Shown: in pieces, positions 8,943 through 18,745 of the stretch
Layout: every line of letters begins with the position of its first letter
How positions within the stretch are numbered: the first letter of the stretch is position 1
Source: Verrucomicrobiota bacterium
GTDB lineage: Bacteria; Verrucomicrobiota; Verrucomicrobiia; Chthoniobacterales; UBA10450
NCBI GenBank assembly: GCA_003218375.1
Contig: QHNH01000010.1
Coordinates: 24,597 to 88,596 of the forward strand
DNA: 64,000 nucleotides
Direction: 5' to 3'
Program-made: the position numbers and the translations under genes
Notes under the pieces: generated by a model
Told to the model about the DNA's origin: nothing
Seen by the model: the letters and a program-made list of their open reading frames with translations, nothing else
Database searches by the model: none

Positions 8943-10724
8943 CTACGCGGCGGCGTGCGTATGCGCCTGGGCTTGCCGGCGCTGTTCCTGCGCGACGAAC
9001 GCCGGCGCGGAAGGCGTGTGAAACATCTCCAAGTCTTCGGTGTCGTGATCAGTCACCGGCGTGAGCGCCACATCCATGTATTCGAATCTTTTCGGATCTT
9101 CCTTGATGCGCTTGTAGATGCGCCGGATGCGGCCATACAAAATGGCGAGGCGCGCAAGTTTCACGGCCGATTCAATCCAGTAACGAGGGTAGAATATCCA
9201 GACGGGCTCGCGCGGCAGGCCGGGCCGACGGTCACGCCGGAATTTGAGGCGAAACACCCCGCTCTCGAGCGGATGAACGCCTTCGAGGTGGATCGCGCTC
9301 ATGAACCACATCATGAGGACGATGGCGTTCGCGGCGCGGCCGTTCTTGGCAACGAGCCGGCGCAGGATAGTCTCAATGTGGTCGAGCGTGTAGTAGGTCT
9401 TCCACGCCGTGAGATAGGCGCCTTCCCACTCTTCCTTCGACATTTTCGAGTGGGCGGTGCAGACGTGGTTCAAGTCGTACTTGTTCAGGTCGGGATCAAC
9501 CGGGACGCCGGCCTGGACGAGTTTCTGGTGGTCTTCGGAGCCGGGCAGAGGCGTAAGGAAAAAGAATTCCAGAACATCGAGCGGCAATTCTTTTTTCACG
9601 ATCTCAACGTCGCGCTTGATGGACTCGGCAGTGTCGTTAGGAAATCCGGTGATGTAACCGCAGTAGGTAATGATTTTGGCTTCCTTCCAGGCGAGAAGCA
9701 TCTTGCGGTATTCTGTGATCTTGTTCTGCCGCTTGTGCGCGGCGGCCAAGTTATCGGGGTTGATGTTTTCGAGCCCAATGAAGACGCGCCGCACACCGGC
9801 CCGCGCGCATTTTTCGATGAAGTTCGGCAGCTTGTGACAAAGCGTGTCGACCTGGATAAGAAAGCCGAGTTTCAGCTTCTCCACTTCCTTCAGGTGAATG
9901 ATGCGGTCCAGGATGGCTTCCCAATCCTTGTTCCGTGCAAAATTGTCGTCCGTGATGAAGAAGCTGCGAAGTCCCTGCTTCACGTTCTCGCGGATGATCT
10001 GCTCGATATCGTCCGGCGTCCGGCGGCGCGACTTCCGGCCCTGCACGTTGATGATGGTGCAGAAGGAACATTGGAACGGGCAACCGCGGCCGGCGTCGAA
10101 ACTGGTCACGTGACCGGCGGTGCGCTGGGCGCGTACCGAACTGATGAGCGGGATCGGCATTCCGTCGATGCCCGGCAGGTCCGCCATGAAATTGTAGAGC
10201 GGCTTCAGCTGCTTCTTATAAGCATCCTGGAGGACCATCTCGAGCCGGCCTTCTGCTTCGCCGGCGAAAAGCGAGATGCCCATCGCTTTCGCGCGATGAA
10301 TATCCGCGTCGTTGCCGCCGAGCATGCTCATCGTTCCCGAAACATGAAACCCGCCGACCGCGATCTGGATGCCATGCGCCAGGAGCGGCTTCGCGAGGTC
10401 GAGCGTGTGCGGAAATTGGTTCGACTGCACGCCGACGAACATCACCATGCCGTCGCCTGCTTCTTTGATCATCGCCGTGAGCCGTTCCGGGCGCAGGCGG
10501 CTGTTCGTTTCGTCGTAGGGATGGATCTCGATCTCGACGTCCTCCCCGAGGACATGGCGCTGCTGGCAATCGCGCGCCAGGCCGTAAAGCGCGGCGAGCG
10601 AGTTCGACGGGATCGTCGAGCGCAACCATTGGATCACGTAGCCGTCGTCGTCGTAGTGCGACGGCTTGAGGAGGATAAGGCAAAACCTCTTTTTCGCGGT
10701 CGTGGCTAGGGCAGGGGCATCCAT
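8943..10724 (-). CDS. B12-binding-domain radical SAM protein (function unknown)
   Basis: CPFQCSFC (CxxxCxxC) cluster motif. The N-terminal Rossmann-like part KRFCLILLKPSHYDDDGY...VGVQSNQF resembles a B12-binding domain. Start chosen at MDAP, downstream of repeat B3. Confidence 0.8.
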   Translation of the reverse strand: MDAPALATTAKKRFCLILLKPSHYDDDGYVIQWLRSTIPSNSLAALYGLARDCQQRHVLGEDVEIEIHPYDETNSRLRPERLTAMIKEAGDGMVMFVGVQSNQFPHTLDLAKPLLAHGIQIAVGGFHVSGTMSMLGGNDADIHRAKAMGISLFAGEAEGRLEMVLQDAYKKQLKPLYNFMADLPGIDGMPIPLISSVRAQRTAGHVTSFDAGRGCPFQCSFCTIINVQGRKSRRRTPDDIEQIIRENVKQGLRSFFITDDNFARNKDWEAILDRIIHLKEVEKLKLGFLIQVDTLCHKLPNFIEKCARAGVRRVFIGLENINPDNLAAAHKRQNKITEYRKMLLAWKEAKIITYCGYITGFPNDTAESIKRDVEIVKKELPLDVLEFFFLTPLPGSEDHQKLVQAGVPVDPDLNKYDLNHVCTAHSKMSKEEWEGAYLTAWKTYYTLDHIETILRRLVAKNGRAANAIVLMMWFMSAIHLEGVHPLESGVFRLKFRRDRRPGLPREPVWIFYPRYWIESAVKLARLAILYGRIRRIYKRIKEDPKRFEYMDVALTPVTDHDTEDLEMFHTPSAPAFVAQEQRRQAQAHTHAAA

Positions 10725-10798
10725 GAGTTTTTCGAAGTCCCCACCATACACAACCTGTCCCGTTTCGACAGGGAAAATTGCCGCCGGCCCTGCCTTTT

Positions 10799-10875
10799 CT
10801 GTAGCCGCTTCGCTGTGCGAAGCGTGAGGTTGCGGCATCGCTGATCCCACGCCGCCCACAGGGCGGCGGCTACAG
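10799..10875. repeat. REP-like palindromic element, family B (B3)
   Basis: Near-identical to B1. Lies between the two radical SAM paralogues. Confidence 0.85.
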
Positions 10876-10879
10876 AAGC

Positions 10880-12589
10880 CTACGCTACTGCCGCATGCTC
10901 GTGCGCATGCTGCCGGCGATGTTCCTGCGCGAGAAAAGCGGGCGCCGACGGCGTGTGAAACATCTCGAGATCCTCGTCGTCAGTGACCGGAGTCATCGCG
11001 AGATCCATATATTCGAGCTTCTTCGGGTCCTTCTTGGCGCGGACGTAGATCGCGCGCAGCCGCGCATAGAGCCTGCCCCATTTCGCCAGCTTCACCACCG
11101 ACTCGACTGCGTATTTAGGATAAAACTTCCAGATCGCCTCGATCGGCAGACCCGGCCGCCGATCGCGCCGGAATTTGTAGCGGAACAACCCGGTCTCGAG
11201 CGGATGGATCTTCTCGATCTGGATCGCGCCATAGAACCAGGCGATCAGCATGATCGCGTTACTCGCCGGCGCCTGTCTTGAGACGAGCCGGCGGATCACC
11301 GCGTCCTACTTGTTCAGGTCCGGATCGACCACCACCCCGGAATTCACCAGCGTCTGATGATCTTCCGAGCCGGGGAGCGGCGTCAGGAAAAAGAACTCGA
11401 GAATATCGAGCGGCAATTCCTTCTTCACGATCTCCACGTCGCGAATGATCGATTCCGGCGTGTCGCTTGGGAACCCGAGGATGTAGCCGCAATAAGTGAT
11501 GATCCGTGCTTCCTTCCACGCCTGAAGCATCTTGCGATACTCGGTGATCTTGTTCTGCCGCTTGTGCGCGCCCGCCAGACTGTCCGGGTTAATGTTCTCC
11601 AACCCGATGTAAACTCGCTTCACTCCGGCCGCCGCGCATTTCTTGATAAAATTCGGCAGCTTATGGCAGAGCGTGTCGACCTGGATCAGGAACGAAAGCT
11701 TGAGCCCGACTTTCAGGCGCAAATGAATCAGACGGTCGAGGATTTTTTCCCAATCCTTGTTCCGGGCGAAATTGTCGTCGGTAATAAAGAAGCGGTTCAA
11801 TCCCTGGGCCACGTTTTCCCGGATCAGCTTCTCGACATCGTCCGGCGAACGCCGGCGGGACTTGCGACCCTGAACATTGATGATCGTGCAGAACGAACAT
11901 TGGAACGGGCAACCGCGTCCCGCGTCGAAACTCGTCACTTCGCCCGCTGTGCGCGCCGCCCGAATCGCCGGAATGAGCGGCAACGGTTCGCCTTCGATGT
12001 TCGGCAGGTCCGCCATGAAATTGTAGAGCGGCTTGAGCTTGTTGGCGTAAGCGTCGTTGAGCACCAGCTCCATCCGCCCTTCAGCTTCCCCGGCAAAAAT
12101 CATCACTCCCATCGCCTTCGCCTTGTGAAGGTCGGCATCGTTCCCGCCCATCATGCTCAGGATCCCCGAGGCGTGGAACCCGCCGATCCCCACCTGAATT
12201 CCACGTTCGCGCAGCGGCTTCGCGAGATCGAGCGCATGCGGAAACTGGTTCGATTGCACTCCGATCAACATCACCATGCCCGCGCCCGCCTCCTCGATCA
12301 GGCGCGCGAGTTTCTCCGGCCGGATCCGCGTATTCGTTTCATCGAACGGATGAATCTCGATCGCCACATCCTCGCCGAGCGTATGCCGCAGCGCGCAATC
12401 CCTCGCCAGCCCATAGACCGCCGCCAGCGAATTCGACGGAATCGTCGAGCGGAACCACTGGATCACATACCCGTCGTCATCATAGTGCGACGGCTTAACT
12501 AGAATCAGACAAAAGCGCTTCTTCGCGCTCGCCGTAGCCGGGATCGTCGATTCCGGCCGATGGCCGTTGGAAGTGGTCTGGGTTTGCAT
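10880..12589 (-). pseudogene. Paralogous B12-binding radical SAM gene disrupted by an in-frame TAG and an internal deletion
   Basis: ORFs 11306..12589 and 10880..11299 are in the same frame, separated by TAG plus 2 codons. Compared with the downstream paralogue, about 34 codons (LNHVCTAHSK...LDHIE) are missing. Confidence 0.75.
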
Positions 12590-12681
12590 CGGGTTCTGAA
12601 GCGCACCTTATACACAATATCTCCGCTCCCGACAGCAATTTCTCGCCGGCTCCGCCGCTCCGAAATCCCTCGGTGCGCCCG

Positions 12682-13410
12682 TCACGCGCGAGTAGCCAGG
12701 GTCGGGAATTTCCAGGTCGCGCTCATGATCGGGAGGAGACCCTGGACGCGGAACAGGAGATAATTCGCGCTCAGGCTTTTTCCTTCCCAGCCGCTGCCTT
12801 CGAAGAATAACTGGATTTCCCGCTCCTGGCCCGGCGAGAGAAGGTCCCCTCGCGCGCTGCAACAGAAGTAAGCCAGCCGCGCCTCCTTTCCACGGTTATC
12901 CACGAGACCGAAGAATCGCTCAGTCAGATCGAGTTGGACCGGCAGCGTGCTTGTATTCTTGAGCGTCACCGTGATCTGAAAAATCTGGCGCCCGCCGCTA
13001 TCCCGTCCGAATGTCACTGCCGTCACCCGCAGGAAGTCATCGATCTTTTCCACCGCTGGCTGGCCCGGGTCACGTTCGTACTCGGTCCGCTCAATCATAT
13101 CCGGCCGATACTTGAACCTCGCGACGAAGCCCGTCGGCGGAGTTAACTCAGGCGCCGGGGTCTGCGTCCGGGTGTTTCCCGTCCCGGAAGTTTCCTGAGC
13201 CGGCGCAGTCGATTGCATCCTGGCCGCCACCAGGATCAACCCACAACCCACGACGAACACCACCAGCGAAGAGCCAGCGAGTTGGAATTCCATGCCGCCG
13301 ACCTTGATGGAATTCTTGCCGGAAATCCCGCGCTTCGCGAAAAGCGCGATGCCCGCCACGGCAAAGATCGCGCCGAGGATGAGAACAGTGATTTGGATCA
13401 TTGGATTCAT
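12682..13410 (-). CDS. Membrane-anchored hypothetical protein
   Basis: Two N-terminal TM segments, a Thr/Pro linker and a beta-rich C-terminal domain. Confidence 0.6.
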   Translation of the reverse strand: MNPMIQITVLILGAIFAVAGIALFAKRGISGKNSIKVGGMEFQLAGSSLVVFVVGCGLILVAARMQSTAPAQETSGTGNTRTQTPAPELTPPTGFVARFKYRPDMIERTEYERDPGQPAVEKIDDFLRVTAVTFGRDSGGRQIFQITVTLKNTSTLPVQLDLTERFFGLVDNRGKEARLAYFCCSARGDLLSPGQEREIQLFFEGSGWEGKSLSANYLLFRVQGLLPIMSATWKFPTLATRA

Positions 13411-13688
13411 CGGAAGAACCCAGTTCTAGCCAACGAAAAGAGTTTTGGACAGCCCGCATTGCAGGACGCGAACGGGGCGCTCCACCCTCAAAACCCTATT
13501 GATCCCTCGTTCCCAAGTTGTACTTGGGAACGGCCCTTGTCCCGGCAACTCCGTTGCAATCTCTGATCGCCCCATTTCGAATGCCCAAACTCCCCGGTTG
13601 CAGAATGCTGAGACTGGACTTTCAGGTAGTGGGTAGATGGCTACAATCTAAGACTGCCCTCATTCCCCCCGACCCAGAATGTCGCGAA

Positions 13689-13703
13689 TCACAGACTGAC
13701 CCC
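13689..13703 (-). repeat. Family E motif (GGGGTCAGTCTGTGA), copy E1
   Basis: The reverse complement reads GGAAAGGGGTCAGTCTGTGATTCGCGACATTCT, matching the copies at 15243 and 17459. Confidence 0.7.
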
Positions 13704-13762
13704 TTTCCGCCTTTCCGCGCGCTCAATTGAGATAACATATATCAATCGTGATTTTGCGCGGC

Positions 13763-13768
13763 TATAAT
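13763..13768 (+). promoter_or_regulatory. Candidate -10 box (TATAAT) 7 nt upstream of a GTG start (leaderless candidate)
   Basis: A perfect TATAAT hexamer ends 7 nt before the GTG at 13776. There is no room for a Shine-Dalgarno sequence. Confidence 0.3.
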
Positions 13769-13775
13769 CGACGGC

Positions 13776-14375
13776 GTGAAGCCACCACGGATCGAAGCGC
13801 AAATTAGGTTATTCAAACAGCTCGATTTCGCGCTCATAAACATGCGCCAATCACGCGAGCTCTGTTCACACTTGCATGAATACATTCAGGAATTCCCTGA
13901 GAAGATGGGAACCGCACTCTACGACGCGTGTATGACGGGAATTGTTGTGACGTACGCGCTCCCGTTTAAAGAGAACCAGCGCCTCGGGGCCTTGAAGGCG
14001 AAGTATCGAACGGGTTTGCCGTCTCAGCTGGCTGCTGAGACACATCGTGATTTGCTTCACCTGCGCGATACTATGTTTGCGCATCGCAATCTTGAACACG
14101 GAGAGAAGATACCCGCGAGTGATTCATCGGGCTTGCCGTTCTACACGAGCCGAGTTGAGATTGGTCCAGCATCAACGGCTGGGCTGGCGAGCTACATCAG
14201 AACCGAACCGGTCCTGCCTCATGTGTCGCCCAAGGATTTGCCTGACATCGCGGCGCTCCTCGAATTTCAGATCCAGCGGCTGCCGAGACATTGTGTAAAC
14301 TGGGTAAAGGGAAACCATACGCGCCGGGCACATATGTGGTCGGCGTCGATTTTCCATGACATATATCAATCGTGA
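13776..14375 (+). CDS. Hypothetical alpha-helical protein (contains one Rx5H string)
   Basis: ORF only. LRDTMFAHRN fits the Rx4-6H pattern, which is weak evidence. Flanked by 21-bp direct repeats. Confidence 0.5.
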   Translation: MKPPRIEAQIRLFKQLDFALINMRQSRELCSHLHEYIQEFPEKMGTALYDACMTGIVVTYALPFKENQRLGALKAKYRTGLPSQLAAETHRDLLHLRDTMFAHRNLEHGEKIPASDSSGLPFYTSRVEIGPASTAGLASYIRTEPVLPHVSPKDLPDIAALLEFQIQRLPRHCVNWVKGNHTRRAHMWSASIFHDIYQS

Positions 14376-14384
14376 TTTTTAGGT

Positions 14385-14816
14385 GTGAGGTGTGGTAACA
14401 TGATGATCGCCTTCCAAATGAGAATTACGCTTATTCGACTCGCGTGCGTCATCTTGGCCGCCACATTTTCATTCGCGGCCGCGCCGCCACAATCCGATAG
14501 GCACATCAGTTCGGATGAGATTCGCGCCAGGTTCATTGAAACCCCCAAACCGGATTATCCCGAGATAGCACGCCGGCTTCATCATACCGGGACGGGAGTT
14601 TATGGGTTATATTTTGACGTGCGAGGGGAGGTTTCCGGGATCAGGATTTTCAAGAGCACCGGCCACCCCGAATTGGATATTGCTGCGCTGAAAGGCCTTG
14701 TCCGGTGGCGCGCGAAACCCGGCCTAAAATGGAAGGTAAAACTCCCCGTGACGTTTACCCTCGACGAGCGGATGGAGACTTACGTAAATCCCTACCACTT
14801 CGATTACCATTTCTGA
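14385..14816 (+). CDS. Small TonB C-terminal-domain protein
   Basis: Signal/anchor sequence plus PDYPEIARRLHHTGTGVYGLYFDVRGEVSGIRIFKSTGHPELDIAALKGLVRWRAKPG. Confidence 0.7.
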   Translation: MRCGNMMIAFQMRITLIRLACVILAATFSFAAAPPQSDRHISSDEIRARFIETPKPDYPEIARRLHHTGTGVYGLYFDVRGEVSGIRIFKSTGHPELDIAALKGLVRWRAKPGLKWKVKLPVTFTLDERMETYVNPYHFDYHF

Positions 14817-14857
14817 ATTTATTCCGGGCACGATCGGAACGGCGCAGATGAAGGTGG

Positions 14858-15223
14858 ATGGGACAATTGTCCTGCGGCCAGATCCGACGCTTCACTGACC
14901 TCCGACTTCTGAAAACCAAGTCGATCATTTATTCCGCGGTTACCCTGATCGGCGCCGTCTGGATGTATCGCTTTCTTAACAGCGGCGGCTGGCTGACGCA
15001 TCATTATCAGCTCAACCAGCTCAACGATCCCGACAGCTTGAATCTTATTCCCGTGATCTTCGAGCCGATCGCGGTGCTTGGTGTCGCTGCTTACTGGGTC
15101 TGGCGAACGCGAGAGCTTTACCGGCTCCTTTTCTTTCTTTTCCTCGGCCAGCTCCTGATCGGGGCGAGTTACCTCGCCATGTTCCTCTTGTTCGTTCTTA
15201 CCTATAAGCCAAGGATGATGTGA
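14858..15223 (+). CDS. Hypothetical membrane protein
   Basis: Three predicted TM segments. Start uncertain. Confidence 0.45.
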   Translation: MGQLSCGQIRRFTDLRLLKTKSIIYSAVTLIGAVWMYRFLNSGGWLTHHYQLNQLNDPDSLNLIPVIFEPIAVLGVAAYWVWRTRELYRLLFFLFLGQLLIGASYLAMFLLFVLTYKPRMM

Positions 15224-15242
15224 AATTGGAGAAAAAAGAAAA

Positions 15243-15320
15243 GGGGTCAGTCTGTGATTCTCGCTGTTCTGAACGTTGGAAACAGCTCCGCGAGGGAATG
15301 CCGAGAATTACAGACTTGTA
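15243..15320. repeat. Family E inverted pair (E2)
   Basis: GGGGTCAGTCTGTGATTCTCGC (15243-) and GCCGAGAATTACAGACTTG (about 15299-15318) form an imperfect inverted repeat. Confidence 0.6.
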
Positions 15321-15543
15321 TCTTGGTTTTTGATGGGCGGCTGCGGGGCTGCTCATCAAAGTAAGCCGCCGAGGGAGAAGATCGTTCTAGACTAGAACCT
15401 CCCGAGTTCGTGGGTCAGCCCGATCCTCCCCCGGCGCATTGTTTCTACCTTGAACAGTTGCCGGAACCTCTGAGTTCGTATCGGCAAGTGGAAGGATAAA
15501 CAACCTCATAACCTCAAATCAACTCCAAACTCCTTCTAACCCT
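15321..15543 (+). ncRNA. Candidate IS110 bridge RNA / structured non-coding left end
   Basis: Non-coding stretch upstream of the transposase with several hairpins (TTGATGGGCGGCTGC..GCTGCTCATCAA; GTTCTAG-ac-TAGAAC). The call is by position only. Confidence 0.3.
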
Positions 15544-16460
<917 letters not shown>

Positions 16461-16467
16461 GACAGTT

Positions 16468-16509
16468 GCTGACCCCTTCTCGTTCTCTTCAGACTGACCC
16501 TTCTCGTTC
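16468..16509 (-). repeat. Family E motifs, two tandem copies (E3)
   Basis: TGCTGACCCCTTCTCGTTC and CAGACTGACCCTTCTCGTTC. The reverse complement reads GAACGAGAAGGGGTCAG. Confidence 0.65.
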
Positions 16510-16690
16510 TTTTCGTTCTTCTCGTTTCAATTGCTCGCTACGGGGTTTTCGAACTCGTTGGCGATGGCGAGGAATGAGCCATACTTCTCAGCCGTTCCAA
16601 TTCGAAATCGCGAGGATGGACGTACAGGTTCATCACCAGCGTCCAAGTCACGCCTGCGACAACCGCACATATGAGTATCAGCGAAATGAA

Positions 16691-17227
16691 TCAATGTTTC
16701 GCAAACCGATCTTTTAGGCTTGAAGAAGGAACGTAGTAGTCGTCGAGATCTTTTTTACTTGTCGATTTGTCATCCTGATTCGGCAATTTCTCAAGCGTTT
16801 GTAATAATCTCTGCATGAGCGGCGTTGCTTCGCTCGCGAAGTGGAGATTGATCGTTGAATCAGTCAACATGGCACGCTTTACGTGTTCAATAACCTCAAA
16901 AGCACTTACAGGCTTCGTCAGATAGTCGCACGCGCCTTGCTTGATCGCTCGGACTGCAGTTGCAACGTCGATCCGATATCCTGAGAACATGATAACACGA
17001 GTAGCGATGCCCTCTGCCTTGATGCGGGCGAGAACTTCGAAGCCGTCCAGCGCTGGCAGTTCAACATCCAGCAAGATAAGATCGGGCCGGCCTTCAGTCG
17101 CCTTAGAAATCGCTTCGCCCCCATCGAAGGCGAGTTCCACTTCACAATCCAAATTGCGCACCAAGATTGCTCGGATGTCTTTCGCCGAGCTCACGTGATC
17201 ATCAACGACGAGAAGCCGCCATTTCAT
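16691..17227 (-). CDS. Stand-alone response regulator receiver protein
   Basis: The CheY-like features LLVVDDH, DLILLDVELPALDG and KQGACDYLTKP are present. There is no output domain. Confidence 0.8.
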   Translation of the reverse strand: MKWRLLVVDDHVSSAKDIRAILVRNLDCEVELAFDGGEAISKATEGRPDLILLDVELPALDGFEVLARIKAEGIATRVIMFSGYRIDVATAVRAIKQGACDYLTKPVSAFEVIEHVKRAMLTDSTINLHFASEATPLMQRLLQTLEKLPNQDDKSTSKKDLDDYYVPSSSLKDRFAKH

Positions 17228-17458
17228 AGGTCAGAAAAACATGTGGGGCATCGGGCTGGGGAAATTCGGTAACAATAGAGAGAGCAGATTTGAAAGGCGA
17301 GAAGCAAATCCCGGCATCAAAGAAGGGACCTGAAGGATTCAGTCCATGATTCTCGACACGCGGAAAGGAAGAATACGGCGGCCGAAATAGCCTTCGCTGG
17401 GCTCGGGCTGGATTTCACGCGTCTCTGAGCGGATTTCGCGGGAGCGGGGCGGAACGAA

Positions 17459-17473
17459 GGGGTCAGTCTGTGA
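17459..17473 (+). repeat. Family E motif (E4)
   Basis: GAACGAAGGGGTCAGTCTGTGAATCTCGTCATTCT. Confidence 0.7.
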
Positions 17474-17629
17474 ATCTCGTCATTCTCTTGTCCGGATTCC
17501 TTCAGGCAATTTTCCTGCCGGCGGCAGTTTGTCCGAGGCGGAGGAATGTTTTGATGAATTTTCCCTTTGCCGCCGACGATCACGATTCCGCTCGGTTGCT
17601 CATGGCCCAAAGTAGGTAAAAAGTTGATT

Positions 17630-18070
17630 ATGACGAGGCGACTGGTTGCAGCTGTTTTGATATGCGTGGCTTCATCCACGTTGGTCGCCGAAACGCCGGC
17701 CTTTATTTCGAACGCTGTTGATGCGAAAGGGGTGCGCCATTCGGCGAGTGAATATCATGGCAAGAAGCCGCAGTGGGTCATTGATGCCATCCATGTCGTG
17801 CGACCTGATTATCCGTTGTGGGATCAAAGACGCGGATATCAAGGCCTGGGAGTGTTTCGGGTAAGGATTGATCCAACGACAGGCGCCGCCGGCGATGTAA
17901 CAATCGTGCGATCGACCGGCCACACCGACCTCGATCGCAAATCGCTTCTGGCGTTCAAGCAATGGCGGTGGAAACCCGGGACATGGAGTCAGGTGGATGT
18001 GCCTGTTGTCTTCGTAGCGTCGGGACTGGTTTACTTCCCCTCGGAAGCTGATCCGTTTTCGAATCGGTGA
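17630..18070 (+). CDS. Small TonB C-terminal-domain protein (paralogue)
   Basis: Signal peptide MTRRLVAAVLICVASSTLVA. Contains PDYPLWDQRRGYQGLGVFRVRIDPTTGAAGDVTIVRSTGHTDLD..KQWRWKPG. Confidence 0.7.
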   Translation: MTRRLVAAVLICVASSTLVAETPAFISNAVDAKGVRHSASEYHGKKPQWVIDAIHVVRPDYPLWDQRRGYQGLGVFRVRIDPTTGAAGDVTIVRSTGHTDLDRKSLLAFKQWRWKPGTWSQVDVPVVFVASGLVYFPSEADPFSNR

Positions 18071-18218
18071 GAGGCCGCGAGCAATCTGAGTCGGCAACCT
18101 GAGCCGTCGCCCTACAATAGTCTCCTTGAATCGTTTCCTAGTTTCCTGATTCATCGTTGTCGTTTGGGTGTCGAAATTGGCTGGCTTGCGAAGATGAGCT
18201 CAGGTAAAAAGTCTGAGT

Positions 18219-18521
18219 ATGATCAAGTTATTCTGCGGTATTCTCGCGGTCGCGATGATGGCCGGCATTGCGACGAGCGCGGCCGAGCCGGTCGGCATCG
18301 AGGTGCGGAAAAGGAGTGCTATTGGGAGGTTGGGCCTGGTTCGCGTCCAGGTCGCGGTAAAGACGGAAGCTGACGGAAGCCTGGTTGTGTCTTTCCAAGC
18401 GCCCGAAGCGGGAACGTACGTTCTGAATTACACGAGTGGTCCGGCTAAGGGGAAAGTCGCAACGGCCGTCAGAGTGGAAAAAGCGGGTCCGGTTACGACA
18501 AAGATCAAAAGCCGGCCGTAG
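18219..18521 (+). CDS. Small secreted hypothetical protein
   Basis: Signal peptide MIKLFCGILAVAMMAGIATSAA. Confidence 0.5.
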   Translation: MIKLFCGILAVAMMAGIATSAAEPVGIEVRKRSAIGRLGLVRVQVAVKTEADGSLVVSFQAPEAGTYVLNYTSGPAKGKVATAVRVEKAGPVTTKIKSRP

Positions 18522-18656
18522 TGGGAATCTGGGGAGGACGAAAGGGGTCAGTCCTCAAGGTGAGAGCTGGACTTTAGCTGGAACGTGGTGAACGGCAGGC
18601 GGGTTCTCAGCGAGGATAGAGAATCGAGGGTGGAGGATGGAAACAGGGGCCCCGCC

Positions 18657-18705
18657 ATCCTCTATCCTCTATCCTCTATCCTCCATCCTCCATCCTCCAT
18701 CCTCA
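18657..18705 (+). repeat. Heptanucleotide tandem repeat (ATCCTCY)x7
   Basis: ATCCTCT x3, ATCCTCC x3 and ATCCTCA x1. A partial inverted complement lies upstream (GAGGATAGAG..GGAGGATGG, about 18612-18640). Confidence 0.85.
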
Positions 18706-18745
18706 ATACGTTGAGGCGTGTATCGTCTAGCATGTGGAAATTCTC

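Noticed and set aside
8856-10709. 617-aa plus-strand ORF (also 10895..11281 and 11357..12502)
   Set aside because: These are antisense to the radical SAM paralogues, whose CxxxCxxC and B12-like motifs identify the true strand.
11300-11308. In-frame TAG in the radical SAM paralogue as programmed readthrough or pyrrolysine
   Set aside because: No pyl genes or PYLIS-like context are visible. The TAG coincides with a ~34-codon deletion relative to the intact paralogue, which points to decay.
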